From Tubulanus polymorphus (lineage: Eukaryota > Animalia > Nemertea): a stretch of DNA of 64,000 bases. The stretch's first letter is position 1. Every line of letters starts with the position of its first letter. Shown one piece after another: positions 26,151-38,356 of this stretch. The translations under genes and the position numbers were made by a program. Where the stretch lies: the NCBI RefSeq assembly GCF_964204645.1, contig NC_134030.1, positions 18,250,210-18,314,209 of the forward strand. The letters run 5' to 3'. The notes below the pieces were generated by a model, which worked only from the letters and a program-made list of their open reading frames with translations, did not search any database and was not told the DNA's origin.

Positions 26151-26992
26151 AAGTGAATCAAATGATTAAACTACAGGTTTATATACAACATAAGTTACAA
26201 AATTACAAGTGCTAAATTCTAAACTAATTACAAACCAAGTATCTAATTACAAGCTAATTATTTGAATACATTTAGGATAAAGGATGAGCCGTTTTGAAAT
26301 AATTGTTTTTTTAAAGAGGGTCGTTGCGCTTTAATAAACAGGGCCTCCATAATTTTACAGTCGAGATCAGATGAACCTTTTGTCTAGAATTTTGAATTTG
26401 TTGTCACTGAATTCCTGATCACAAGTGTGACAAATTGCGAGATGTTGTCCAATCGCAGAAGTCTTTGACCTGTGTTCTCTAATCCTGATGGCCAAATGTC
26501 GTTTAGTTTTCCCAATATAGGAAGTGTTTATATCACATAAACAATTAAATTTATATATGACTTTAGCCTTCAGCGATTTAGGGGTAGCACATTTCAAAGA
26601 GAAAAAATTCTTTATTTTGGTCGTAGTGAATGCGCATTTCAAGTTGATTTCAAAATTCCTTTTAAATAGATGTTTTAATTTTCGGGCAAATAGGATTGAC
26701 GGGTTACCAATATACGGTAATGAAATTAATACCATCTTCATCAACAGGTTTCGGTTTAGGTTCTGAGTTCTGAGTTCTGTCTTGATTTCAAAATTTGCCC
26801 ATGGTGACCCCATCAACTTGCTTGAAAATACGATCATTGTACATGAACAATCCCGACTCTAAACCTTCATATGATCAGGCTACATTCAAAGAATTACTGA
26901 AAATCGCAACTTCGGGATTGTTCATGTACAATGATCGTATTTTCAAGCAAGTTGATGGGGTCACCATGGGCAGCCCCTTAGGCCCAACCTTA
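26151..26992. mobile_element. Older, different Penelope-like element: GIY-YIG on the minus strand plus a folded-back RT fragment
   Basis: ISLPYIG...VIYKFNCLCD..SYIGKTKRHLAIRIREH on (-); FKQVDGVTMGSPLGPTL on (+); inverted arms 26796-26856 and 26912-26972. Confidence 0.88.
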
Positions 26993-27259
26993 TGTAAGAC
27001 TTTGATACACAACGTAAAACAAATAATTATAATCCAAGATCAAACACGAGGGACAGCAATCGGTATGACTATATAGAGCGTTGTTTATTCTTCGAGTCGG
27101 TTAGTAGATTTGACAGTGATATAATAAATGTTAGTATCTTTTATACATAATAGTTGCTATTTACAAAAAACAAAACATGAATATAATTAAAAACCATGAG
27201 CACTAATTAGGCTATGTCTGGGCGGAACCGGTTAATCCGTGTTCCGCTCAGGCCTAACA
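26993..27259 (-). mobile_element. 3' LTR of an LTR retrotransposon (Gypsy-like)
   Basis: TG...CA ends with imperfect inverted repeats (tgttaggc / tgtaagac); polypurine tract agggggggggagctata abuts it on the minus strand (27260-27277); a T-rich 3' UTR-like region extends to about 27850. Confidence 0.75.
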
Positions 27260-27999
27260 TATAGCTCCCCCCCCCTACTTAGAGTTCGACCCGAACTTTA
27301 CATATATAAGAGGGTAGAAACAATAAAGTTTAAGAAAACAAAAGGTTGGGGAAACAGAAGGAAGAAATACATGCATTTAAAAGCTGAACATATATCATAG
27401 AAAACGTAATGTAAAATGCATACAAAATTGCGAAACAATACAGACGAAAAGAGAAAAAACATACAAAATAACGAGAAAATAAAAAAAAATTCATTGGCAA
27501 TGGCAAAATAAGAGAAAAGAAATCATACAAAATAGTGAAATTAATCGTACAAATGTAAATAAGTAAATCATGTGATAAACACAACAAAACATTTAACATC
27601 GAAAAAAAAACAAAATATGGCAACAAAAGTTTACATATACTTCGGAGAATAGAATATGAAGAATCATAACAAATAGCGAGAGAAAAGAATAACACATGTA
27701 ATATGAAAATTGCCAATGGTAAATAAGAACAACCATACAAAATATTGAAAACAAGCGTATACGGAAAACAATAAAAATCATGCAATTAGACTAAAAAACA
27801 CATAAAGATTGAACAATACATGACTTTGTCAGCAAATAGACATGCAAACATTTGGGTTTCTTCTCTTTTTTTTCTATACGATGCTATTTAATTCTTGTGC
27901 ATTTATATCCTGCATCTCGAGCTCAAATTCCACATTTGGCGCAGGTAACATGGTCCGAAGTGAAATGGCCTGGATCCATGAAACGGTCACAACGTTCGG

Positions 28000-28100
28000 T
28001 AGCTGCATTTCTATTGCTGCTGATGAGGAGTTTTCTTAGGTTTGCCGGTTGGCGGTACGCGATGACTGGTCTTAGTGGTATTATGTCGCGTATGATCATC
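28000..28100 (-). mobile_element. Short fragment of a third PLE (linker before GIY-YIG)
   Basis: Translates as IIPLRPVIAYRQPANLRKLLIS, matching the P..AYRRP.NLRD.LV PLE motif. Confidence 0.5.
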
Positions 28101-28108
28101 CTCTTCGA

Positions 28109-29253
28109 TTATGGGTTGGAGATCTGATATGAATCATCGAACACCGGTGTCCCTTCACTACCGTTTACCACGGGTTTCGGAGACACCGGTGTCTCTTCGC
28201 ACTTTTTTGTTTTCAGATTCATTCGATTCCACGATCGGCAGTCGCTACGAGCGCAACCTGTCGACCAAACTAGAAACCTCTCGACGAACGCTTCCCTAAC
28301 CTTTCCACTGGTCATCGCGTAAATGAGGTAATTGACCGAGTAGCTTATTTCCCAAAGGATGACGGACATCGGACCCGATACGGTACAGACTTCAATACTT
28401 GTCGTAATTGTGGGAGCACGCCTGCGAGCGTTATAGTAATTGTACCAGGAAATAGTAATACGAGAAAAACGAGCATGACGAACAGCATGAGACGAGTGAC
28501 TCTGTTATTGGTCAGTTTGACAGCGGCGATCGGTATTCTCGCACTGCGCCTGCGCAAGACTCCGACTATACTGACGCAACAGATTTTTAAAATGATAAAA
28601 GGCAAGTAGCCAATCATAAGAGCCCCTAACGTGGGTGACTGGTAGCGTTGACTGGGTAGCCAACAAGTGACGTCATAGTCCATCCACGGACGCAGGGAAC
28701 CGTCGACTAGCATAACGCATAGGACGCCGAGAACCGTGCAACAGGAGGCGCCACATGCCGTTTGACGGCGGCACAAACGCAACGCCGACATCGGAAAACA
28801 GACAACGATGAAACGTTCAACACTGATCAATGTTACCAACCAACTGCTCAATGCCGCGAAATACAAACTTATATATTTGAGAAAAGTTTTTGCCAACACG
28901 CCACCGACCACGATGACCAAGGGTCCACCCGAAAGCGCGCTGATGGAATTAATCCAGAAAATACCGTACAATACCAAATCACACCCGTCGCTCACGGCTA
29001 AAACTGTCAGGTAGACCGCGAACGAGCTCTTGCGCATTTTCTGCGACGTCATAACGATAAATGATACGACATTCGACATCAGACCGAAGACAATAAAGAA
29101 CGACGTGCAAATAATGTGAACCCATTTCACCCACGGGTTCATAGTGTTCACCAACTCGACGGGGTACACGAAATAGAGGAAACAGTACGATCCTTGCAGG
29201 TTTCCTTCTCGTTGATGACTTCCATTCGGCGCGTGATTTGATGTCGAATTCAT
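28109..29253 (-). CDS. Intronless class A (rhodopsin-like) peptide-receptor-like GPCR; frameshift between TM6 and TM7
   Basis: N-glycosylation sequons NST/NGS, TM1 GLMSN, TM2 LAVSD, TM3 SVERFIVVCFP, TM6 LLFP; TM7/helix 8 (SYSVNYLIYAMTSGKVREAF) lies in ORF 28109-28369 in another frame. Confidence 0.85.
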
Positions 29254-29650
29254 CTGTTTTCAATATATTTCGACTCAAAAATATCAATGTTTCAATTTAA
29301 CAAGATTAATGTTCTTTTTTTTGTGTGCACGAAAATCAACAATATTCTGATAACCACCGTATACAGCTTAACCTTCTCGTTCGAACGCGCGCTGAGTTCG
29401 TTGTGTCGTTTTCAAAAAAGATGTTTGTAATAAAAGAAACTTTCGTTATTTACGGGAAAGTTAGAAATTGTAGAAAACGATTATATCTGATTTCACTATG
29501 TCGAGAATATACGGAAGATAATTCAATGATATCAACTTCAAACGCAAGTTTTGTCGAACAGCGAAAGTTTTTATTTCGAGGTTTCAAAATTATCAAACGT
29601 TCAGGTTTCGGCTGCAAACACGGAAGATGAACAAACGACGCGCGTGCGGT

Positions 29651-29660
29651 TATTTTTATA
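29651..29660 (-). promoter_or_regulatory. Candidate TATA box for the GPCR
   Basis: TATAAAAATA on the minus strand about 400 bp upstream of the ATG, with CRE-like TGACG motifs just upstream. Confidence 0.3.
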
Positions 29661-29811
29661 CTGGCGGCAGACGAACCGCTGACACGTCACGCGTCAATCA
29701 AATTGTATCGTCACGCCTCCTGCATGTCCAGTCCTTGAAACGAGCAAACATCATTTTACCAGATTCAAGTATACGGTACGGTGTCCAGTGGCCTAATCTA
29801 ATTTTATCTGA

Positions 29812-30141
29812 TGTCTTATTTCAACTTGACTTGAGAGCAAGCACATCAGGTGGCCTAGCTCGGTCAGTTTTGGCGGTACATACTTGATAAGAGTCAAGTT
29901 TGCTATGTAGCCATGGAAACATATCTGTAAATAGTTGGTTTTATTAGACTTTCAAATTATGGCCTTTCAATGAAGACTTTTTGGCATTCCTTCAATACAG
30001 TGAAGAATGGATTAAAAAAACGATGTTTTAGGTCAACTGCCAGTCTTTTCCTAATAAGACTCATATCAGGTAGGCTAGTACCATCAAAACTGACTGAGCT
30101 AGGCCAACTCGATGTGCTCTGAAGTCAAGTTGAAATAGACA
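29812..30141. mobile_element. MITE with roughly 80-bp imperfect TIRs
   Basis: tgtcttatttcaacttgactt...ggcctagctcggtcagttttg mirrored by caaaactgactgagctaggcc...aagtcaagttgaaatagaca. Confidence 0.75.
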
Positions 30142-30486
30142 TTAGCAGCTGTGTGGCTTTCACTATTCTATTACTACCGTGTCAAATGAAGCTGATTGAA
30201 CCATGGATTCGTTTTGAAGAATTCATGTTTGAACTGATGAGACACTGTTTTGCGCCACGTCCCTCTTCTTTGTCTCTGAGATCTGAACGCTGCGCCGAAC
30301 ATGAAAGCGTCGATGGTCAGGACCGACTCAGCTCCCTGGTTCTAATTCAAACCCAACATGACTATAAATAATGATGTCGGCCTATTTTGTTCAATGTGGT
30401 AGACACATTTAAGGCCCCAATATCGCTATGAATTCAAAAATTATTGGGCAATTTTCGTTCTCACAAGGTCCATCGATTGTTACAAA

Positions 30487-30581
30487 TCCACTGTGGAATC
30501 AGTGGAGTATCCACTACGGAATCAGTAGTATATTCACTGCGGAATCAGTAGCTCATCCACTGCGGAATCAGTAGTTTATCC
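30487..30581. repeat. About 22-bp minisatellite, 4 copies
   Basis: tccactgcggaatcagtag unit repeated. Confidence 0.8.
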
Positions 30582-33001
30582 AATTCAGGTATAGGTTGGC
30601 CATGCGACGCGACGCAATCGTCGCTGGTTAAGTTAAGTTAAGTTAAGCTTAGGTTGAAGAGAAATTATTTTATGCGTCATTGTCATCAGATATAAATGAA
30701 AGCCGCATGTATTGCAAGAGGTGTGGATCGGTGTGGGGCCACTTAGCGGCGTATAGGTGAAAATCTGATTAACGCTATTAGGTTATACGTAAACACCAAG
30801 ATTAATTGTAATTATCAATACGTGACCAGGGGGTCATCCTGTTTGACAACCTGACCACTTATAAAAGGGCAAGGATATTTAACAAAAAAATAATATAAAT
30901 TGAGGTCCTGAGATGCAATTTGAGAGGTTCCCTGTAGCTTAAACCACTAAAAATCTAAGCGGAATTTTCAGATTAAATACTCCGAGAAGCTTTTTTGCCA
31001 TTCTTAGAAAATTTTCTTTTCACAGCATCGGCACGAAAATGCCCTTCTTTTCGTTTTACTTTACATGCCTTTTAAATTGGATATGCTGCCCCTTTACCTG
31101 TCATGGATACCTAGGATTGACCAGTGATAGTGCCCTTTTTATGAGATCATCCGGAATTTGGTCCCATCGTATCGGCCCATACAAAGTGTCCTTTTATTTG
31201 TTCTTTTTACTTTATGTTCCATTTTCATGTGATATGGTGCCCCTTTTTATCTGTGTTCACCAATCGTCTCAGGGTATTTTGGAAATGCATTCCACCTTCC
31301 GGAAGGCATGGATGGTATAAAGCTGGATCCGACCCTGATCCGCATCAAATCATGAATTCAACTCAGATGCGGATTGGTCGACGACCTTTTCTTGGTTACA
31401 TCGTTCTCATGTCTGTGATAAACGGGTCTGGAATCTACTGTACTGTGTCACTGGTCTGCTTGTCTTGTTCACGTCAGGAATGTTTGGAAATTCAGGAACG
31501 TACTTTCCTGATAGCAATAAGTCGCAGATTCCGCAGTTTACCTCACGCTATCTATCCGATCGCTTTGTGTCTCAGTGATTCCTTGCACTTTATCAAATTA
31601 ACACTGATGCCTGTTTAACAGTTCGTTCTCTTTCGCGTTAAAGGCGTTCCTATATTCATCACGAATTCACTGATCAGTTGTCAAATATACGATCTGTGAT
31701 GTCACTTTGCAGGCTGTAATAGTTAATCGAGACTCGGAGCCACGGCACGAAATTTGCGGCGCTCAGATTGTTCGAATGCGTCGATTTTATGTAGGTCGGG
31801 GCCGTAGTTTATGTCTAGTTTAGGTCCCGATTGTACGTAATTAGGAAATTTATATTTTGGTGGTAAATGCGTTACTTTTTAGTTCACAGAAATTCCGCTA
31901 TCGTTATTCATAGGGGCAGCACTCAATGGTTTTCATCCAAAAGTCTCGCCATTCTGCTGTATCCTACGCAATATCTGGCCGCAAACCCTTCATTGGTCTA
32001 TTACATCGCCCATGACATTTTGGGTGGACGAGGGCTGCCGCTAATTTCGAGTTAATTCGATACGTGGCTTTTTCACCACCGCCGATTTACGAGTCAAATC
32101 GAATAAAAATGTCGTTCCGAAAATCATAGAAAAAAAAGGAAATTTGTTCGCGAAATAGTGACCTCAGAAAAGGCAAATTCACAATTTCATCATCCGAAAC
32201 TTATGAAAAAGGTATTTTTTGCCAGTTATGAAATATGTTTGATAAAAAAATGAACGCCAAAATTCATTATTGCAAAATTACGGATAGAGTAACTACTGTG
32301 ACCTCTATATGACCTCTATTTGACGTGTATGAACATGAATTCTGAAGGATAAAAGCTGCGCTGTATATTTATGCATACATCTGTGATTATTTAGGATAAA
32401 GGATTCACGCTAAATGCGTCACTAATAACCTACAATATGGCGCTTTGAAAATAATCGATGGCCTTTGCGAAACGGCATCATTGTGTAGCATCGCGCACAT
32501 AGGTAGGTTTGGATTGGCCTATACCGGAATTCTTCAGAATGTGCTCTATTCCATTCCGGAATTATAGCAAAATCTCTAAACCAGAAAGGTTAAATGGCCT
32601 CTACTAATTCGGAAATACTCATCTGGCGCTTTAGTCACGATCAAGATAAGCTACATATTCCAGTATCTGTAAACCTGATAGAAGCGGCCGGGAGAGAGTT
32701 TGGCAGGTTTGATTCGTCTATTTTCTATCGATTCAGGAATTCTCTTCAGGGCCGTTCGTGTCGACAAGAATTACGCCTAAACGGTTCGATAGGAACCTGT
32801 CTAGAAAAGGCACCCATAGTTTATGATACTGGGGGCCAGTTGCTCAAAAGTTGGTTTCAAAGATAACCGATGGATGAATCATAGTAAATAATTGTCACTA
32901 TGTCAACTATTCACTGGTAAACTCTTACCAACTATTGAGTCACTGGCTCCCGGTATATAATATAGAAATGTTTCTTTTTAGCAGACGGCAGCCGAGTTAC
33001 G

Positions 33002-33898
33002 ATGAACGACCTGAAATACGGCGAAAGTCTCCGATATTTTCGTCTGAATTGCAGCGAAATTAACTTCGGATTGAAGAGATTATGTGAAGCAGTTCGCGCC
33101 GTCCGTCAGACCGCTACCGATCACCTGATGACGGCAGACGGTAGGCGGAGAGGTTTGAGAGTGCTATCAGTCGGCGCGGCTCACGGGTATCTGTTAGAAG
33201 ACGCGTTCATCGAACTCGGTGATGAAGTGAGTTTCGAACGCGTCGACTGCGTTGAACCGAATGACGTCATGTCGCTGGAGCTGGAGACTCGAATGGCAAA
33301 ACTCGCCAGTAAGTACGAATTCCAGTCCGAGGTCTATAGACGTAAATTCTCTAGCGAGGAGGCGCCTTCTTTCTTACCGAACGACTTCTACGATTTGATC
33401 ATTTTTTCGCACGTTCTCTATTACTTCGACGATCCGGCGGAATGTTTGGAAGTGTCGCTTTATAAGTTAGCTAACGAGTGTGGACGAGTTTACCTGAGCT
33501 CAACGACCAAGACAGATTATTTTAGCATCGCTCGAGAAATCCAAGCCCTCACCGATGACGGTTCATCGCCTATTCCCTGCGGACTAGTTGACATAGATGA
33601 ACTCCTACGCGCGGAAGCTGCTGAGATGAAAGTGGTTTCGCGCTCGACCGACGAGGGCGCGATTTTGATGCACCTAGCTCTGAAACCGAGCAGATCGCGC
33701 ATCAGCGAACAGGACGCAGCCATTCGTAAAATGGGTGACGCGATACCGACGTTCATCGCGGGTCGGGATATAGATACCTTACTGGAAACATCGCGCGCAC
33801 AAGTTCAGGATATCATCCGTAAATATGTCGTCTATAGTTATGGATTCCCGATGTTGCCTATAACCCTGAAACACTTTGTATTGGCCAGAAACGCCTGA
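33002..33898 (+). CDS. Class I SAM-dependent small-molecule methyltransferase, histamine N-methyltransferase-like
   Basis: LRVLSVGAAHG (motif I), CVEPN, YDLIIFSHVLYYFDDPAECL; a polypyrimidine-AG acceptor at about 32970-32982 suggests an upstream exon. Confidence 0.8.
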   Translation: MNDLKYGESLRYFRLNCSEINFGLKRLCEAVRAVRQTATDHLMTADGRRRGLRVLSVGAAHGYLLEDAFIELGDEVSFERVDCVEPNDVMSLELETRMAKLASKYEFQSEVYRRKFSSEEAPSFLPNDFYDLIIFSHVLYYFDDPAECLEVSLYKLANECGRVYLSSTTKTDYFSIAREIQALTDDGSSPIPCGLVDIDELLRAEAAEMKVVSRSTDEGAILMHLALKPSRSRISEQDAAIRKMGDAIPTFIAGRDIDTLLETSRAQVQDIIRKYVVYSYGFPMLPITLKHFVLARNA

Positions 33899-34899
33899 GG
33901 AACTGACGCACGTTTGAATACCGTTTATTCGTGGGTCCAAGGACTGACTCTCAAATAAACGTTGATCCATCGAATATACCTGACCGGGCCCGTACCGAGC
34001 GAACCCTTAAATTTTCAAAGTACCTTTCTATTAAAAGCCGGGGTCACAAAAATTTAATTCAAGATTTTTTCGAGATTTGGAAATAGGTTCCCTGTTTTTT
34101 TTATCTTTTGAAATTGTAATCCATGAATATCTAGAAATGAAAATGGATATTTTTTTACTTATCTTTATAATTATAAACAGGAAGACACGGTGCTTCAGCC
34201 TCTCTTTGTTTAGGGACCATCGTCAGGTGTTGGGTTAGTATTTTCTTGATTCCTATCGCGGATACAAAAGTTTCGTTCTGCTTATAAACGTGTAGGTCTA
34301 TATGCGAATAGTTTTGTCAAATAAAATGTTATTGAATACAATTCTATACGTTTAAAAGCTTATTGTTTTTGTGATTGAGTTTTTGCTGGTGGATTTTCAA
34401 AAAGCCACAGCTGCTGTACATGTCATAATACGTCAATATTGATCCTCTAAACCTCTAAATCTAAAGGAACCAGTTGCAAATCTTCCTACGCCGAGTACGC
34501 TCTCGATATTTCTGAAGTCAGCTTTACGAACAGACTATTATCGATATGTCCGAGCTCTGCAAACATCGTCGTCGGTGTGTCACGTGTTACATTCGGTCAC
34601 GTGTTGAAATTTCGTCTGCTTTCGGGTCACGTGATGGAGTGTCTCGATTCCGTTTCACGACGACGCCCTCGGACTGGTCGTTGTCGTTACCCTGGGTATC
34701 GCTATTCACAGGAAGGTCTCGATATCGGCAGCGTACCTGCGCCGGTGGGTGGGTTGGAGAATAGAAGGCGGTCAGTATTAGCTCTTGGAACCGCCATACG
34801 GGATGGGTTTCTAGGGCGGGATCAGCTACAACGGTCAGTAAAGTTTGTCTCATTTACTGTTTTGTAGGTTTGATTTGTCTCTGAATCTTGTTGCACAGC

Positions 34900-35118
34900 T
34901 TCAGGATTCGAACCCTTGCAAGCCCGCTTCTCCTGAACACTGAGGATAACTTAGGATTCGAACCCTTGCGAGTCAATTTCTGATGGACCCCAAAGAAAAC
35001 GTAGGATTCGAAAACTTGTGAGCCCACTTCTCTTGTACACCCAAGGACAACCACGGATTCAAACCGTTACAAGCCTATTTCTTATGGATACTGAGGAGGA
35101 CTATGAACCCTTGCAGAC
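34900..35118 (-). repeat. About 50-bp degenerate tandem repeat, each unit carrying a tRNA T-arm/B-box motif
   Basis: ggattcgaaccc-like motifs at 34904, 34954, 35004, 35055 and about 35098 (GGGTTCGAATCC on the minus strand). Confidence 0.75.
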
Positions 35119-35449
35119 GATGACAACCTGGAGATGGACATACAAACGGTTTCGCTTATTTAAACCTCACTTCTCATTCGTTGTCAGTAATCAAATCAAA
35201 ACTCTTAAACAGTAATGCTAGATATTTCGATGTTTTCAGTTTTCGAAGTTCTGCTGTAGAATATTTTGAATTTCATGTCCTGATCAAATTATTCATACTG
35301 TTTGCCTGCAGTGATAAATCGTTTTCCGGCTATGGCGTATTAGTAAGAATTAGAAATAATAATTGCGAATGTTTCAGTTCAGATAACGGATTCAGCGAAC
35401 TGATGCAGACCGTTTGAAAATAATGAATAAAACACGAGTTTACGTTTAC

Positions 35450-35685
35450 AACCCAATAAGGGAGTTGGCATATATCAGGAATGCATACATTTCATCTCCA
35501 CTGATCACAGTCGCTGTTACATTCAACCTGCTTGTTATCACTGTATTAAAATCACAAATCTTATACGTCAAAAGTAAGCAACGTGAAACTCTCTCAGCGT
35601 CCAAAATCTCATTATCTCAAAATCAAACTAAAGCTTATAATATGGTGCTTACAATGAGTATTTTATATACTGTTCTAGAACTTCA
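35450..35685 (+). pseudogene. Internally deleted GPCR remnant (TM1-like and TM6-like pieces)
   Basis: SPLITVAVTFNLLVITVL followed by QNQTKAYNMVLTMSILYTVLEL. Confidence 0.45.
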
Positions 35686-37507
35686 GGTTGAGAACGCAAT
35701 TTCAAAAACGGAAGGCCGGCACCAAGAAATCAATGACGATAAAAAATGCAGAGAAAGATACACGACGAATAAAACTAGGTTGGAAACACGCCATCAAAAG
35801 CGGGACCTTTTTACTAGTTACGGCAAGCAAGGGTGGGGGACACACACTTTGGACCTGAAAAAAGAAATGAATTTGTCGGCCTTAACCATGGAGTTCTTAA
35901 ACCTATTTTTTCCAGACGGCAAATCGAATGCGATGAACCTAAAAATCAATGATGTAAGCTATTACTTAGAAAACTACAATGGTAATCGGTTACGTGATTA
36001 TCTTGAGTGTGGTAATGTATTTGGTCTAGAGGCCTACATCGCAGCACATAAAACAAACCCTATTAGGCTCTATCTTCACACAACTGTTTTAGTTGACGAT
36101 AGTGATGATGAAACATCATTGCCATCCATGTCACCTTTCTTGCTAATACCCACCAGCCACCGATTTCTGAGTCAACTTTACCTATGTTTTCGTTGATGCA
36201 ACCGGCATTGTCGTTTACGCCAGCAGCCTCATCTACAATTCCGGCTAGTAGTGATATTCAACCTATTGTTTTTAACTACGCATACCCAATTTGCCCATAC
36301 ACTTTAACCACCATTTGCGGCCGGGATTCAGTCTGGTTATGTGCCTACCGGTGCTGTTGGCATACATACCGGTGAAAATTATACACATTCTCGTGATGGT
36401 ATAGCAGATATCAACTTTAATGATTTCGAATTGATACAGCCTGATACGCCTACAATTCAATTCAGAGTACAGACGAGTGGCGAGTTATCACAAGAAGAGA
36501 TTAATCGCATTGAACGGGAAGAGTACAACCTTCTGGTTCGCAGAACAGCCGTGGTCGAAGATATGATAAACGCTTTTTGTGATGCATCGGTGATGGTGAA
36601 AATAATAAATGCTCGAATGATACTCCCTAATGGAAATGTTGAAGCCGGAGAAGGACACGGTGTCTTTCGAGAGTGTCTTACTGAATTTTGGTCAGAATTT
36701 AGAAAGCAATGTATGACGGGTAGTAGTCAGATGATCCCTCTCATACGCCATGATTATGGCACAGAGAAATGGGAGGCTGTAGGACGTATCATCAGTAAAG
36801 GATTTCAGGAAACATCATATTTCCCAATATTCCTCGCGCAGCCATTTGTTTCCGAATTGTTCTTCCAGCAGGGTGATAGCGTAGACTTGGTCGAATCATT
36901 ATTGAAATATGTTTCTCCGTCTGAGGAGCTCGTATTTCGACGCGCATTGGCTAATTTCGATGATGAAGCAAATGACGTCGAAGAGATAATAGACATACTG
37001 GGGGGATATGAATGTCGGAAACTTCCTACGAAGGAGAACTTCTCCATGTTGATTCGGGAAATAAGTCACCAAGCATTAGTGCAAAAGCCGAGATTTATGG
37101 TTGATTGTATAAAACCTATGGTACAGAAATATGTAACAATATCATATAAACAGTACCTCGATCTTTGTACGGATCTTAAACCCTCCTGTCGCAAAGTGGT
37201 AGAATTACTTTCTTTTCCAAACGTTTTGTCAGCTCCTCAGTCAAATGTTGCTACGTTACTGAAGAGATTTGTCAGATGATTGGATGAAAGCATGTTGTCT
37301 AAGTTTCTCCGCTATTGTACTGGTTCTGACATGTGTAACTGCCAAAAGATTGACGTGACCTTTAATAAGGTAGACGGTCTCCAACGAGCTCCAGTTGCTC
37401 GAACATGTGCCCAGATATTGGAGTTACCAGAAATATCTGACGAATACGTCGAACTGAAATTCGATAATATTCTCCAGAGCAATGTTTGGGTTATGGACGT
37501 CGCATAA
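35686..37507 (+). pseudogene. HECT-domain E3 ubiquitin ligase (G2E3-like, intronless), frameshifted and with a stop at 37277-37279
   Basis: VRR...EAGEGHGVFRECLTEFW, WEAVGRIISKG...FPIFL, FLRYCTGSD, and catalytic-Cys motif RAPVARTCAQILELP. Confidence 0.85.
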
Positions 37508-38185
37508 AATTATTCTAGAAACAAAATGACGTAATCCACGTAAGTTTCATATGTCCAAAGTTGGATCAAAACGTGTTTAAGTTCTTTTGTTTAGGCCAAA
37601 AGTGATGTGTTTATTATTAATATTGCCAGCCCTGATGTCGTTTATTTTAACAAAGTGACGATCATTTTAACGATAAAAGTAATTATTCACGCAGTGCATT
37701 TTGACCAGGTTCTACAGTTCCTGGTTATGTTTGACTCTTAGAGTTAAAGCATTTGAAATATTGGAAATAAATCGACTTAACTCTAGAGTCAAACTCACCG
37801 AGAGCTGTTAAACTTGCTCCTTATATATGTCGTTTCGCATCAATCATGACCAAATACGTTTTTTGTTTGTATTGAAAACAGGGGGGTTTGCGGGCGCCAC
37901 TTCTCTGCTGTCAAGTTATGTTTTGTCTCGAAATTGTAAGACAATCATCAAGTATATATTGATATATTGTATCAACACGGTATTAAAACGTAGATAATGT
38001 TTTAAGGCGTTTAAGAGAAACTTTGATACTTCGATTAAAATATTCAAATATCTTTACTTCATTGCGTTATCGTTCTTTCATGGTGTCTCACTTTCACTTG
38101 AGCTGCAAATAATATGGTAGTACGAAAGTGTCGTTGGCACGTATTCGAACGTATACTATCAAAATTGCACATTCACATAGAGATA

Positions 38186-38352
38186 CAGTGGAACCTCGTT
38201 ATAACTAACAGGGATACAACGATTCATCGGACATAACAAATACAAGATTGTGTCCCACATTAGACAATTTGATTAATTTCACACTTGATATGACGAAATA
38301 TCGGTTAAAACGAACAATATTTTCTGGTCCCCGTTGTATCGAGGTTCCAATG
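38186..38352. mobile_element. Tc1/mariner-type MITE with TA TSD
   Basis: ta|cagtggaacctcg...cgaggttccaatg|ta. Confidence 0.85.
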
Positions 38353-38356
38353 TATG

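Noticed and set aside
27330-27785. Hydrophobic 151-aa ORF resembling a membrane protein or env
   Set aside because: Low-complexity T-rich retroelement 3' UTR produces F/L/Y/I-rich translations by composition.
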